Source of the DNA: Nageia nagi
Taxonomy: Eukaryota; Plantae; Pinophyta
DNA length: 64,000 nt
Reading direction: 5' to 3'
Assembly: GCA_050084985.1 (NCBI GenBank)
Contig: JBITNC010000002.1
Location: 21,824,001-21,888,000, forward strand
Shown: positions 35,848 through 48,920 of the stretch, piece after piece
Numbering within the stretch: position 1 is the first letter of the stretch
Layout: every line of letters begins with the position of its first letter
Program-made: the position numbers and the translations under genes
Notes under the pieces: model-generated
Database searches by the model: none
What the model saw: the letters and a program-made list of their open reading frames with translations, nothing else
What the model was told of the DNA's origin: nothing

Positions 35848-38800
35848 TGTTATGAACCAAGTTCCCAAAATAGCATAAAATCACAAGAGAAAGAGCTCAA
35901 CGCCTTGAATAAGAGATAAAATTAGTAATAAGCCACTTCGAGGGGGCAACCTCCTTTACATCATATCAAATACATAACAATAGATAATACAAATGATAAT
36001 ACCACCTAAGTATATATAGGAGTCCAAGGGGTGCCACTACAATGAAAGGACATTAGCTGACATAACAATAATAATGTAATGGAATAACAATAACCATAGT
36101 GGGCTTCTATGGGACACATAATAATAATATATGGGCTACATGAGTAGTATAGGGGACCTAACATGCCCCTCTCCTTCAAAAAAATGTTGTCCTCAATGTT
36201 TGAGTAGTTCTGGATACTTTTGTAGAAAATTCTCATCTTCCCATGTGGAATCTTCAGCAGGTAGGTTCTTCCACTTAATGAGATACTCTGAAATTGATCG
36301 ATTTCTTAGCTAATGAATTCTTGATTCAGTGATTACTTCTGGCTCCAATATAATTTTCCCTTCCTTGTTGAGTTCTGGAAGTGTAGTTTGAACTGGGATC
36401 TTGTCACCTATAACCTTCTTTAAGCATGAAACATGAAAAACTGGGTGTACTCGCGAAGAAGTCGGAAGCTCCAATTTGTATGCCATACTACCAATCTTTT
36501 GCAACACCTTATAAGGCCCATAGTACTTGGGAGATAGTTTGTTATCCTTCTTAGATTACTTAAGGGACATCTGTTTGTATGGTTGTAGCCATAAAAACAC
36601 CCAATCGCCCACTTCAAAACTTCTTTCACTATGATGTTGATCTGCTTGTTGTTTCATTCAATTCTATGCCAAGGTCAGGTTATCCTTTAAGAGTTGGAGA
36701 ACTTGTTGTTGATGCTCAATGTGATATTCCACTACTTGAACCTTTGATTTGTCTCTTAAATATGATGTGATGGATGGTGGATGATATCCATAAAGCACCA
36801 TGAATGGGGTCATTTTAGCTACGGTATGGAAGGAAGTGTTATACCACCATTCTGCCAAAGATAGCCACTTGACCCATTATGTTTGTTTATCAGATACAAA
36901 GCAACAAAGATATCCTTCCAAACATTTGTTCACTATGTCAGTTTGCCCATTAGATTGAGGATGATAAGATGAGCTATGACCTAATTGAGTACCAAGATAA
37001 GAAAATAATTCTATCCAAAAATTCCCAGTGAAAATGGAATCTTTATCACTTACAATAATCTTTGGGTTTCCATGTAATTTTTTAACTATCTCCATGAATG
37101 CAGTAGTGACTATATTAGCTTTGAAGGGATGGGATAGTGCATAAAAGTGTGCATACTTGGTAAGTCTATCAACAACCACCATGATGACACTCTTTCCTTC
37201 AGACTTGGGTAGACTTGTGATAAAATCCATTGAGACTTCCTCCCAATGCTGAATTGGAATAGGTAATGGTTGTAAAAGACTTGGGGTCTTGATTGTCTCA
37301 ACTTTATTTTGTTGGCAAACCAAACATTCTACCATAAAATTTTGGATATCAGATTTAAGGCCATCCCAAAAAAATTCCTTTCTTGAATTTGTGGTAAGTT
37401 TTTGAGACTCTTGAGTGCCCTCCTAGAGGAGAGGTGTGTAATTCCAAAAGAACCTTTTGTTTAAGTTGGGAGTTCTTATTTAAATATAAGTGATCCTTGT
37501 ACCACAGAGAATCATTTTTTCAATTGAATGTATCAGACACACTAGGATCTTGCTGCAACTTTTGAATGAGTGTCCACACCTCCTCATCATTCCTCCATTC
37601 ATCCCTTGCTTCAGCTATCCACTAAGGTTGGAGAATTGAAATTGTGCATATCAATACCTCAACATCCTCATCCTTTCTTGCGAGTGCATCGGCCACAACA
37701 TTTTGCTTCCCTTTTTTATAAATGATTTCAAAGTCATAACCCAACATCTTTGTGACCCATTTTTGTTGCTCTTCTGAAGATAGTCTTTGTTCTAAGAAGT
37801 ATTTAAGACTATCATGATCTGTTTTGACCTGAAGTGTCTTCCCATTAGATAGGGATGCCATTTATTCAAGGCATGTAGTATTGCCATCATTTCCTTCTCA
37901 TAAATAGGTTTGTTTAAATTCTTTCCCTTTATTGGACGACTCTCAAAGGCAATGGGTCTTCCATTTTGCATTAAAATAGCACCAATGCCATTTCCTAAGG
38001 CATCACATTCCATAATAAAAGTTTTTATGAAGTTTGGTGTAGCTAATACAGGAGCTTTGCACATTGCTTCTTTAAGATTTTCAAAGGACTTAGTTACTTC
38101 TAGAGTCCAAGAAAATGCATCTTTCTTTAGTAATGTTGTTAGAGGTGCAGGGATTCACCCATAATTCTTAACAAACTTGCAATAATACCCCATCAACCCC
38201 AAAAATCCTCTAAGGTGCCTTAAGGTTGTGGGAAGTCTCCATTCTTTATTGGCTTTAATTTTGTTAGGGTCTGGCTTAACACCCTCATGAGACATGATAT
38301 GACCTAAATAATCCACCTCCTATACCCCAAAGAAACATTTGGATGGTTTTGCATACAAGTGTTGTGCCTCAAATAGTTTGAGCACCCTGTCAACATGTTG
38401 AACATGATCTTCCCAAGATTTGCTGTAGATTAGTATATCATCAAAGAATACTAACACAAATTTTCTAAGGAAGGGTTTGAAAATAGAATTCATCAAACTT
38501 TGAAAAGTGGAAGGTGCATTAGTAAGGCCAAAGGGCATGACCAAGAATTCATAATGAAATTCATGAGTTCTAAATGCTATTTTCGGAATGTCTTCTATCT
38601 TCATTCTAATTTGATGATATCCCGAGTGAAGATCTAGCTTGGTGAAGTATTTTGCTCAATATAATTCATCCAACAATTCATCAATGATAGGAATGGAAAA
38701 TTTATCTTTAATAGTGAGCTTGTTTAGCTCTCTATAATCTGGACACATGCGCCATGCTCCCTCCTTCTTAAGCACCATTACTACTGGGGAAGAGAAAGAA

Positions 38801-41800
38801 CTTTGGCTTGGTCAAATTATACCTATTTCTAGCATTTCTGCAATCATACGTTCAATTTCACTCTTCTAGGCATATGGATATCTATAAGATCTGATGTTGG
38901 GAGGAACACTTCTTGGAATTAAGTTAATACCATGATCATGATCTCGATTAGGGGGGAGACCTTTGGGAGTATCAAATACATTGGGATACTTATCAATGAA
39001 TTTTTAGAGATCTGGAGAATTGCCTGGCTTAGATGTTTGGACATCTAGTGAGCATAATTGTATAATTACACCTCTTCTTTGCTTCCTCAAAAGTTTTGTC
39101 ATACCATTGGAGCTGATTATCTTACAATCTTTCACTTCATTACCCTTTAATTCAAACTCTTTTCCTTACCAGGAAAATTTCATGAAAAGTTCTTTAAAAT
39201 TAAAAGCCATTGTTCCCAATGATTGTAACCATTGGACCCCTAAGACAATATCAGCAACACCCATTGCAATGGCAATCATTGGACTTTTTAGTACATATTC
39301 CCCCATGGTTAGATTGATATTATGGCACTTCCTTGAGCAATTTATATTTCCTCCATTTGCAACCATCACTTGAAACTTTGGTGTTGGATATATGAAGCAA
39401 TTCAAATCTTTGGCTATCTTGGAATGAATAAAATTATGTGTACTACTAGATTCAATCAACACTATTACCTTTTTCTTCTTGATATATCCTTCTATCTTGA
39501 GAGTTTGAGGAGCAGTAATTCTATCCAATGCATTACAAGATATGGTGGGAGTCATTTATTTAGTAGTAATCTCTTCTAATTCTTTGGTTGTGGATGATTT
39601 TTCTTCTTCTTCTTCTTCCTCTTCACATTCTATGTAGAATAATTTCTTCTCCCCACACTTATTTCCTTTACTGTACTTGCTATCACAATTGAAGCATAGA
39701 CCCTTTGCTCATCTTTCATCCATTTATTGAGGTGTTAACCTTATAGGTTTAGGTAAGTGAGAAGAAGGAACATTATTTTCTTTATAGGTGTTCGAGGGAA
39801 ACCTTTTAGTAGCCATTGCCATATTTTTACTTTCAACCTTCCTTTCCATACTAAAAGCCATCTCTAAGGATGTTGGTTCAAATAGATGCACCTCATGTTG
39901 AATGTTATCCTTTAAGGTTCCCATAAAGAGATCCAACAATCTATCACTTGGTATGTCATTCACTTTAAGACTTAACTTTTGAAATTGTTGAATGTGCTCC
40001 ATCACTGAACCTTTTTGCCTTAGATTTGTCAATTGAGTAAAGAAGGAATTATTCTTAACATCCTCATGGTAGGCTATCAGTTCCTCTGTAAAAATGGACC
40101 AAGATATAATAGAACCCTTTTTACATTCACAAAGCAATTGGTACCAACAACCTGCTCAGGCTCTAGATACAAGGATGCAATAGTTACTTTTTGTGATGTT
40201 GGTACTTGGTGTAGATCAAAAAAATGTTCCATTTGAAATATCCAAGTGATGGGGTCCTTTCCATCAAACTTCCTCATGTCTACCTTGGGGAGTTGGATTC
40301 TCCTTTGATTACTTCCATTAGTAGAAGCATATCCTTCTAAATTAGGCTTATTAATGAAGGGTTTATCTCCTTGAATAATATCATTATTTTCCTGATAACC
40401 TTGGGCCATATCAACATCTTTAGGAATCTTTCCCTCTGGGTTTTGTATGAGTTGAAAAATCTTTTCCATATTTTGATCCATATTAGTCACCAATTCTTCC
40501 CTCAAACTAATTAAATCAATTGATCTTACCATCCCTTTTGTCAAATCCCTTTTTAATCCCTCCAAATCACCCTTTTTTACATACCCTTTAACCAATTCTT
40601 CCAATTGGGATATTCGAAAGGATATGTCTTCACTTTCTGCTATAGTCATGTATGAACCCTCTGTAGGTCTAGGTGGTGTAGCAATTTTTTTCAGTGGCAT
40701 TTTGACTGAATATTACTATGGAGTAGGAATTTCCCAAATGTTTTAGTCAAAGGTCCTCATAGGAGTATCCATTTCTCACAAACCATGATATATCATAGGG
40801 TCCAACAATAGTACTCGACCCAATATTTCAGAGCTCCAACCAAAGAGGATAGATTGTACCCTTGGCCGTACTACCTGACTACCTTTTGGTATGTGTGGAT
40901 AGTCTCCCCGAGTGCTATTCTTAGTGTATTACAAAAAAAGGATGGTAAAAAGGTTAACTTGGTTAGTTTTAGGATTCTAGGGGGTCTCCCTATATACGTA
41001 AGGTACGTGGGAGCTCAAATCTATGATAGTGCTGTCTAATGCACAACTGTTTGAAAAGGGCCCTTGCTAATATAATCACGGTACATGAGGGAATCCTAAA
41101 GCACCTCTCTATATACCATGTACGTGCATGATCATGATGGCCTCTCTATATACTCAAAGGTACATGAGAGAATCCAATAGTGGCCTAAGTGATATACTGC
41201 GAGTACGTTGTAGGAGACCACAATTTCTCAGGATGTAGTGCTGGTAAAGTAATGATAGCTCCTATGTTTTAATATGTTAGAACATTTCTATACCTATAAT
41301 ACTCTCCTCTTTTTCCTCTTTCCAACAGCTTTTGAATCACCCCAAATAGACCTTCCAATCAAAATATATGCAAATTTAAAAAATTGTACCTTTTTAAACC
41401 ATGATTTGGAGACTGTTCTATTATCTGACCTTCCAACTAATGTAAATCTAAAAATTTTTCCATTTAGAGTCTAAAATCTCTATCTATGTTAGCCTTAAAC
41501 TTCTTCTTTTCAATTCCATAGGTTTCATTAAATTCTAATATTCCAAGAGGAAATGGCTGCAACTATCCCAAAATGTGCTAATTTTTGGATTTTTCAAAAG
41601 AGCGAACTTGTACGAAGTGCCGCATGTCACCTATTTATTCCTAGACCTTGAAAATTGTATCAAATAAACTTCATTTTGTATCATAACCAATATAATAGGT
41701 TTCACATAGTTTAGAGCTGTAAAAATTTAGATATACACTTTTTAGCCAGAACACCTATTTGAGACCTGCTTTTTGAGACTAGTCACAAACCCTAACTTCC

Positions 41801-42297
41801 CTCGAGTGTAACTTGCAAACTATAGTGAATTAGGAGTTGAAATTTGAAATAAAACTTCTTTAGTATGTCTTCTAAAACTCAAATAAATTTTAGAATCAGA
41901 AACCTTGAAAAAACAAATTGGTAGTGAAAATTCCACAATGACTAGTTTTGAGTAGTGAAACTCATCTGCTCTGATACCAAATGTTATGAACCAAGTTCCC
42001 AAAATAGCATAAAATCATAAGAGAAAGAGCTCAATGCTTTGAATAAGATATAAAATCAGTAATAATCCACTTATAGGTGGAAACATCCTTTACATCACAT
42101 CAAATACACAACAATAGATAATACAAATGATAATACCACCTTAGTATATATAGGAGTCCAAGGGGTGCCACTACAATGAAAGGACACTAGCCGACATAAC
42201 AATAATAATGTAATGGAATAACAATAACCATAGTGGGATTCTATGGGACACATAATAACAATATATGGGCTACATGAGTAGTATAGGGTACCTAACA
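35848..42297 (-). mobile_element. Second Reina-like chromovirus, inserted in the 5' leader of the first
   Basis: 316-bp LTRs 35848-36163 and 41982-42297; perfect TSD TAACT; PBS gctctgatacca 41968-41979; PPT 36164-36174. Confidence 0.95.
36170..40700 (-). pseudogene. gag-pol pseudogene with chromodomain (minus-strand Reina-like element)
   Basis: PKVDMRKFDGKDPITWIFQMEHFF (gag), VLIESSSTHNFI (PR), [23 protein letters not shown] (RT), ECDALGNGIGA (RH), SMDFITSLP..HPQSNGQT (INT), EYLIKWKNLPAEDSTWE (chromodomain). Confidence 0.95.
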
Positions 42298-42517
42298 TAA
42301 CTTGTAGCCTGAAACATCATTTTGGGACCTATCCCATTGTGATTATTATTTTTCTATTGATCGTTCTGACGTATAGCACCCATACACTTTTTTAGTTTCA
42401 AAATTCTTCATTTTGGGACCTATGCCATTATGATCATTTTTTTGTGTTGATCATTTTGATATCTAGCACCCATACACTTTTTTAGTTTCTAAAAATTGCA
42501 ATTCTTGAAATAGCGAG

Positions 42518-45500
42518 ATGGTAGACGATCAAAGATCCTTGGATAGAGATAAGATTTTGAAGCAATTAGAAACTCTAACAATACAAATTGGAACCCATTC
42601 TCTGCTAGAGATACATAGTATAGTGCAAATAATACATCAAGCCTATATTAAGATGGGACAAAAGGTTCAAGAGCTTGAACAAAATACTGCAAGTGGATCT
42701 AAACCCTACGCTAGGAAAGGGTTCAATAACTCCTCCAAACCACAACAAACCTCCATTCTATCGTGAACAATGAAATTAAACTTCCCAAGATTTGATGGTG
42801 ATGATCCTACTAGTTGGGTGTATTGGGCTAAGTAATAGTTTTCTCTAAATCAGATTATTGATGATCAAAAAGTTAATCTTACCTCATTTCATATTGAACA
42901 TGAAGCTGTACAATGGTACCAATGAGCCCAAAAAGCACATGGAACCCCTTCTTGGCTGAACTTTACCAAACACCTCCTTATTAGATTCTACCCAAGTGAA
43001 TTTAAATATTTCACCGATGTGCTCACCAAATTGTGCCAAATAACCACAGTCAAAGAATATCAAATAGAATTTGAGAAATTGGCCAACTATAAGGAAGGAC
43101 TCGATGATGCATTTTATCGCACTTATTTCATTAATGTATTGAAGGTGGACATCCAAGCAGAAGTTAAAATGTTTAAACCTAAGACCATGATGGCTACACT
43201 AGGACTTGCCAAGTTGGTGGAAGATAAAGCCAATGCACAAAGTCAACATACCAAGCACCCTGCTTGGAAATCAAAATCTTCTCAAGGAGGCTTGAAGCTA
43301 GTACATTCCTTTTTGATTAAGAGATTAACACCTATCGAGATGGAGGAATGAAAGAATAAAGGAATTTGCTATAATTATGATGAGAAATTTGCATCGGGTC
43401 ATCATTGTACTACCTAGAAACTATACATGTTGGATGCATAAGCACCTGAGGAACCCTCTAATGATACTTTTGAGGATGCAGTGGCAAAGGTTGAAGATGA
43501 GGAATAACAACCCAATGAAATTGTTCTTGAAATTTCTTGCAATGCACTTTACGGGTTTAATTCTCCATAAACAATGAAAGTCAAGGGATAATTTAAAGGC
43601 CAAATATTGATAATATTATTGGATTCAAATAGCAATCATAATTTTATGGACCCTAACATGGCCAAAAAGACCCATGCCTACATCTACCCATAAATAATTT
43701 TGAGTTTATGATCAGTAATGGAGGCAAAATTGCTTGCAAAGGATGGTGTCAAAATATCAAACTCAGTATGGGGCATTACAAGATGCAAAGTGATATGTAT
43801 ATTCTACCATTGGGTGGGTTTGATATAGTCCTTGGTATAGAGTGGTTGCTGATATTAGGCCCTATTTTTGGTATTTTTGAGAGCTTTGGATGCAATTCAA
43901 TATTGATGATCACAAATACACTCTCAAAGGACTTTAGGTAGGATAGTCCAAAATCATTAGTTCTCATCGTATGGAGAAATTATTGGAAAAAGGAGGTAAA
44001 TGAGTGCTAGGAAAACTCTTTGCAATTCAACTAGCCATGCAAGAACTAGCTGAAGTACAAGAGATACAACAAGTGCTCACTTGGCATGCCAATATTTTTG
44101 AAGAACCCAACCACCCTCATGACCATGCAATTCAATTGATTCCAAGAAGTCAACCAACCAACATTTGATCCTACTGTTATGCTTACTTGTAGAAGGATTA
44201 AGTAGAAAATGGTCGATGACATGATGCAAGCTAGCATCATCCATCCCAACATGAGTCCCTATTCCTCTTCGATTCTATTGATGCATAATAAAGATGGATC
44301 TTAGTGAATGTGCATCAATTTTTGAGCCTTGAACAAAATCACCATAAAGGACAAGTTTCCCATCCCTAGGATAGAAGAATTGTTGGATGAACTTCATGGT
44401 GTAAAATACTTCTCCAATTAGACCTTCGATTAGGCTATCATCAAATCTGGTTGCATAAAGAGGACATTCCTAAAACAACTTTTCACTCTCATGAAGGCCA
44501 TTATGAGTTCCTTGTAATGTCATTTTGCCTGACCAATGCACCATCTACATTTCAAAGTTTGATGAACCAGGTATTCCGCCCTCTACTTCATAAATTCATT
44601 TTAGTTTTCTTTGATGATATTTTAATCTATAGCAAAACTTGGGAGGACCACTTGGCCCACCTAGACCAAACACTACAACTTCTCCAAGATAACATGTATG
44701 CTAAGCGCTCTAAATGTTCTTTTGGCCATCAAGAGCTTGAGTACCTTGGACACATCATCTTAGAGGAAGGTGTTAAGGTGAACCTTGTCAAGATCAAGGA
44801 TATTCAAACCTAGCCCTTACCCAAATCATTGAAAGGCGTATAAGATGTTTTAGGATTGATAAGCTATTACCGCAAATTTGTGAAGGATTATGGTAAAATT
44901 GTAGATCTCCTCACTGCTCTATTAAAAAATAATGCTTTCAATTGGTCAATAGCCATCGAAGAAGCCTTTCATCAATTGAAGGATGCCATGTGCTCAACCC
45001 TAGTACTGGCTATACCAGACTTCTTTAAAACTTTCATCATTGAAAGTGATGCCTCAGGTGTAGGACTTAGAGCTATATTGATGCAAGAAGGATTACCCTT
45101 GGCATTCACAAGCAAGGCTCTTTCAATTCAAAATTTGGCCAAATCCACCTATGAAAAAGAAATGATGGCAATATCCATGTTGTTCAGCGTTGGAGACCCT
45201 ACCTTATTGGTCATCATTTCATCATTTGAACAAATCATCATAACTTGAAATGCTTATTAGAACAATGTATCTCCACCCTTGAATAACAAAAATGGATTTT
45301 GAAACTTTTGAGGTATGACTATGAAATTGTGTACATAAAAGGTAATGAGAATGTGGTAGCTGATGCCTTATCTCATAAATTTGAGGAACTTGTGGCATTA
45401 CAGGCTCTTTCCTTCCCTATTCCTTAGTGTCTCTATCAGGTCAAACAAGAATGGCTTAAGGACAATATCTTACAAACACTAATCCGATAGTTGTAAACTG

Positions 45501-46870
45501 ATCCAACTAGCAACCGTCCCTTTTCCTAGGTTGATGGAATTATAAGATTCAAAGGTCGTGTTTCCTTATTGATAAATTCTACATGTAAAGAACACATACT
45601 CTACAAGTTACATGCAACACCAATAGCTGGACACTCTAGATTTTTGAAAACCTATCGACGTGTGCTTTGTTCCTTCTACTAACTAGGTATGAAACAAGAT
45701 ATCAAGAAATTTGTATCAAAATGTGATGTTTGTTAGCATTAGAAAGGCAAGAAAGTTGGGACCCCATGACTGCTTCAACCTCTACCCATCTGGAAGCATA
45801 CTTGGAAAGATATCTCCATGGATTTCATTGAAGACCTTCCCAAATCCTATGGCAAAGCAATTATCTTGGTAGTGATGGATCGACTATCTAAATATGCACA
45901 TTTATGTCCATTGGCACATCCCTACAAAGTTGTGAATGTGGCATAATTATTTCTTGATAACATCTTCAAACTCCATGGTATGCCTACTAACATTGTCAAT
46001 GATCAGGACCTAGCATTTACCAGTAAATTTTGGCAAGAGTTATTCAAAATTCAGAGAACTAAACTCAATATGAGCTCAGCATATCACCCTTAGATAGATG
46101 GTCAGATAAAGATTATCAATAAATGCCTAGAAACATATCTCTATTGCTTTGCATCTACCCAACCAGTCCACTAGGTCAAATGGCTTCCCTTAACTAAATG
46201 GTGGTATAACACTTCTTATCACACATCCATCAAGATGATTCCATTTTAAGCCATGTATGGTTAACCCCCACCCATAGTCACATCTTATATCCCAAGAAGC
46301 ACCAACATTCAAGTAGTCGACACCACCTTGTCCAATCGAGGAGAGATAGTTTGCATCCTTGAGAAAAATCTTTAGATGGCTCAAAATTGGATGAAACAAC
46401 AAGCTAATCAATAATGGATCGAGCAATAATTCCAAGAAGGTGATATGGTTTTCTTGAGGCTTCAACCATACTACCAAGCTTCCATCAAATTAAAAGGTCC
46501 CCAAATATTGGCCCCACATTTTTATGGACCTTATAAGATACTCCAACGCATTGGCCTGCAACATACATGTTGGCACTTCCAACGTCATCAAAGATTCACC
46601 CTATTTTTCATGTCTCATACTTGAAGCAAGTATTGGGCGACCAAACCACCATTCAAATTGAATTACTAGAATTCACTAAGGAACGCTCAATCCTAGTTGA
46701 ACCTAAGACCGTCCTAGACCGTCACACATGCCAGCTCCTCAACTGCATAATTATCGAAGTTCTAATACAGTGGCACAACTTAGATCCTGAAGATGCAACA
46801 TGGGAGACTCCCCACCAGCTACAGTAGCAATTCCCTAATTTTTAGCTTTGAGAAAAAAGTTGTTCCCAAG
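42518..46870 (+). pseudogene. gag-pol pseudogene with chromodomain (plus-strand Reina-like element)
   Basis: KLNFPRFDGDDPTSWV (gag), [27 protein letters not shown] (RT), IESDASGVG (RH), EVLIQWHNLDPEDATWE (chromodomain). Confidence 0.93.
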
Positions 46871-47289
46871 AGGGGTGGCATGTTAGGACCCTACATCCTA
46901 ACATTTAATTAGGATATAGTAGTTTATTTAATTATAGGCTTTTGTTAAATATTAAGATTCGATATATTTGTAAGGCGAACCACCATTTGTATGGAGTGGA
47001 TAAATTAGGGTTAGAGTAGGTAGATTATAAATACTTATGGTGAAGTCATTTGTAAGCATCTTGAAAATTATATTATTCAAAGTGGAATATAAGGTGGCCC
47101 CCTCGAAAAGGCCTGTGATTCATTTTGGCTTTCAGTTATATCAATATGTTGTTACTCTATTCCATTATGATATTGAATGCTTGTTGAAGTTCAAACTTTC
47201 TATATTCTATGTGAATCCCTTCGTGGAACTTGTAGGTTCCTAACATGTGCATCTTCAACTCTTGGAACAATCAAGCACTCTCCATCATC

Positions 47290-47875
47290 TTATTCTATAA
47301 TCATACCTCTATATGAAGCAAATCCTCTTTTGCCTCCTCTCCCTTTGGAAGCATAGAATCCTTTTCTCTTAAAATTCTTCTCATAGACTTCCCAAGTCTC
47401 TTCTTGCAAATAAACATATTCACAAGGCTGCACACAAAAAAACTTCACAGGACAAGGGCTCATCTTCCTTGACCACAAAGTCACCATTCACAAACTCATA
47501 ATTTTGTAGATTGCTATTCATCACATTACAATCTACCTCACATTCTTTAATTTCAATTACATTCTCAAGATTATCAAATTTTTTATTTAATATTTTCCAA
47601 ATATCAAATTCTAATCTACAATGCTTAATAAGAGGGAAAATATTTTGTTTTATACCTCTTCGCAATGCCATGAGTGCCAAATAATTTTTGTGTTGTTCCT
47701 CCTTCAAACATCTCTCTTAACCTTCAAATATGCTTCAATTCTTAGGTTCTACATAACCTAGTTCAATAATATCTCAAAGATCCATTCCCATTAACAAAGT
47801 TTTCATCTTTATTTTCCAAATTTGGAAATCCTTTCCATCAAATTTTGGAATTGTTGAATTAGTGTTGTTGCCCAT
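47290..47875 (-). pseudogene. Copia gag N-terminus running into an unrecognised acidic ORF (continues at 35303-34000)
   Basis: MGNNTNSTIPKFDGKDFQIWKIKMKTLLMGMDL*DIIELGYVEP...ALMALRRGIKQNIFPLI...IWKILNKKF. Confidence 0.75.
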
Positions 47876-48479
47876 TACAACCAAAGAAACAACAAACTAG
47901 TTAGTGAATCAACTAGAAAATAAGTTTTTTAAACCTTCTGCATAATTCCAAATAGTTTCTCAAACCCAACATTCTTCTACATTTAATCACAAAATTTGAA
48001 AACTAAACTAATCATAAGTTGTTGCTACACCAAGAACATTCTCCATGTTCAACTTGATGGATATTGGTTCATATTTTGTCTTCACAATAGACAAACTCGT
48101 TCATAGTGTCACAAGGTCTGACAACCTCCTTCACGAACACTTCAGCCCCTTCTCAACTTTGATCATGCAAAGGTCCTCTCTTGGGTGCTTTTCAAATGGT
48201 GGGGCTCTACTCTTGCCAAGCCATAACATCCTTCAATTTGTCAAAAATTGTAAATACTATAGTTTGAGATGCTATTTTTCAAACATACACTTTCTATATC
48301 AGGTGTCTTTTTTTGGTTATGAAGTCCACTCAACACTCAGTCTCTATGAAAAAATGACCTTCTGAGGATTTAGAATAACAACAAAATTGTCTATGCTAGT
48401 AGGAAAAATAATTCTTTATTGCCAACCTCCTCAAATAGAATGACAACCTTTCACAATGCATATACCATCACACCAAGAT

Positions 48480-48915
48480 GACAATATCCAAATCAATATG
48501 AATTCACTCTCACATAGCTCTGTCCATCCCCAAGTGCATCAGCAGATCAAAGAGTTTAAGAGCATCTTGTTGTATCCATGAATTGCATATCTTCCATGCA
48601 GTGTAATCCCTGTTGTAGCCATAAACTGGTCTATCCCAATAAATGATAGACTCACATAATATAACAAAGAAATTAGGCCTTCTCTAACCTCTACACGTCA
48701 GTCTCCAAGGACATTCAAAACAACTACGTTCGCTACAAAGCCATTTTACTAAAAATAGATAATAGTTAGATTCAAACCAAATCTATTTACATTTCCCACC
48801 ATCCTTAGGTATGCATCGAAGTCATGCCTCCAACATCACATAGCAGAGGTACTGTATTTCAAATACACTGCTACTATCATTACGTTCAACTAGACTGCAT
48901 TTCCATGTGGTACTA
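48480..48915 (-). pseudogene. Short PPR-like fragments in the Copia-derived element's leader
   Basis: VPHGNAV*LNVMI (MPxxNxVSWNxMI-like), GFVANVVV, and GRYAIHGYNK-ALKLFDL. Confidence 0.55.
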
Positions 48916-48920
48916 CCTAT

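Larger units (their letters stand above)
35304..47245 (+). mobile_element. Reina-like chromovirus (Ty3/Gypsy)
   Basis: LTRs 35304-35674 and 46881-47245; perfect TSD TGTGC; degenerate PBS tgctattagagc 35677-35688; PPT aagaggggtggca before 46881. Confidence 0.92.
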
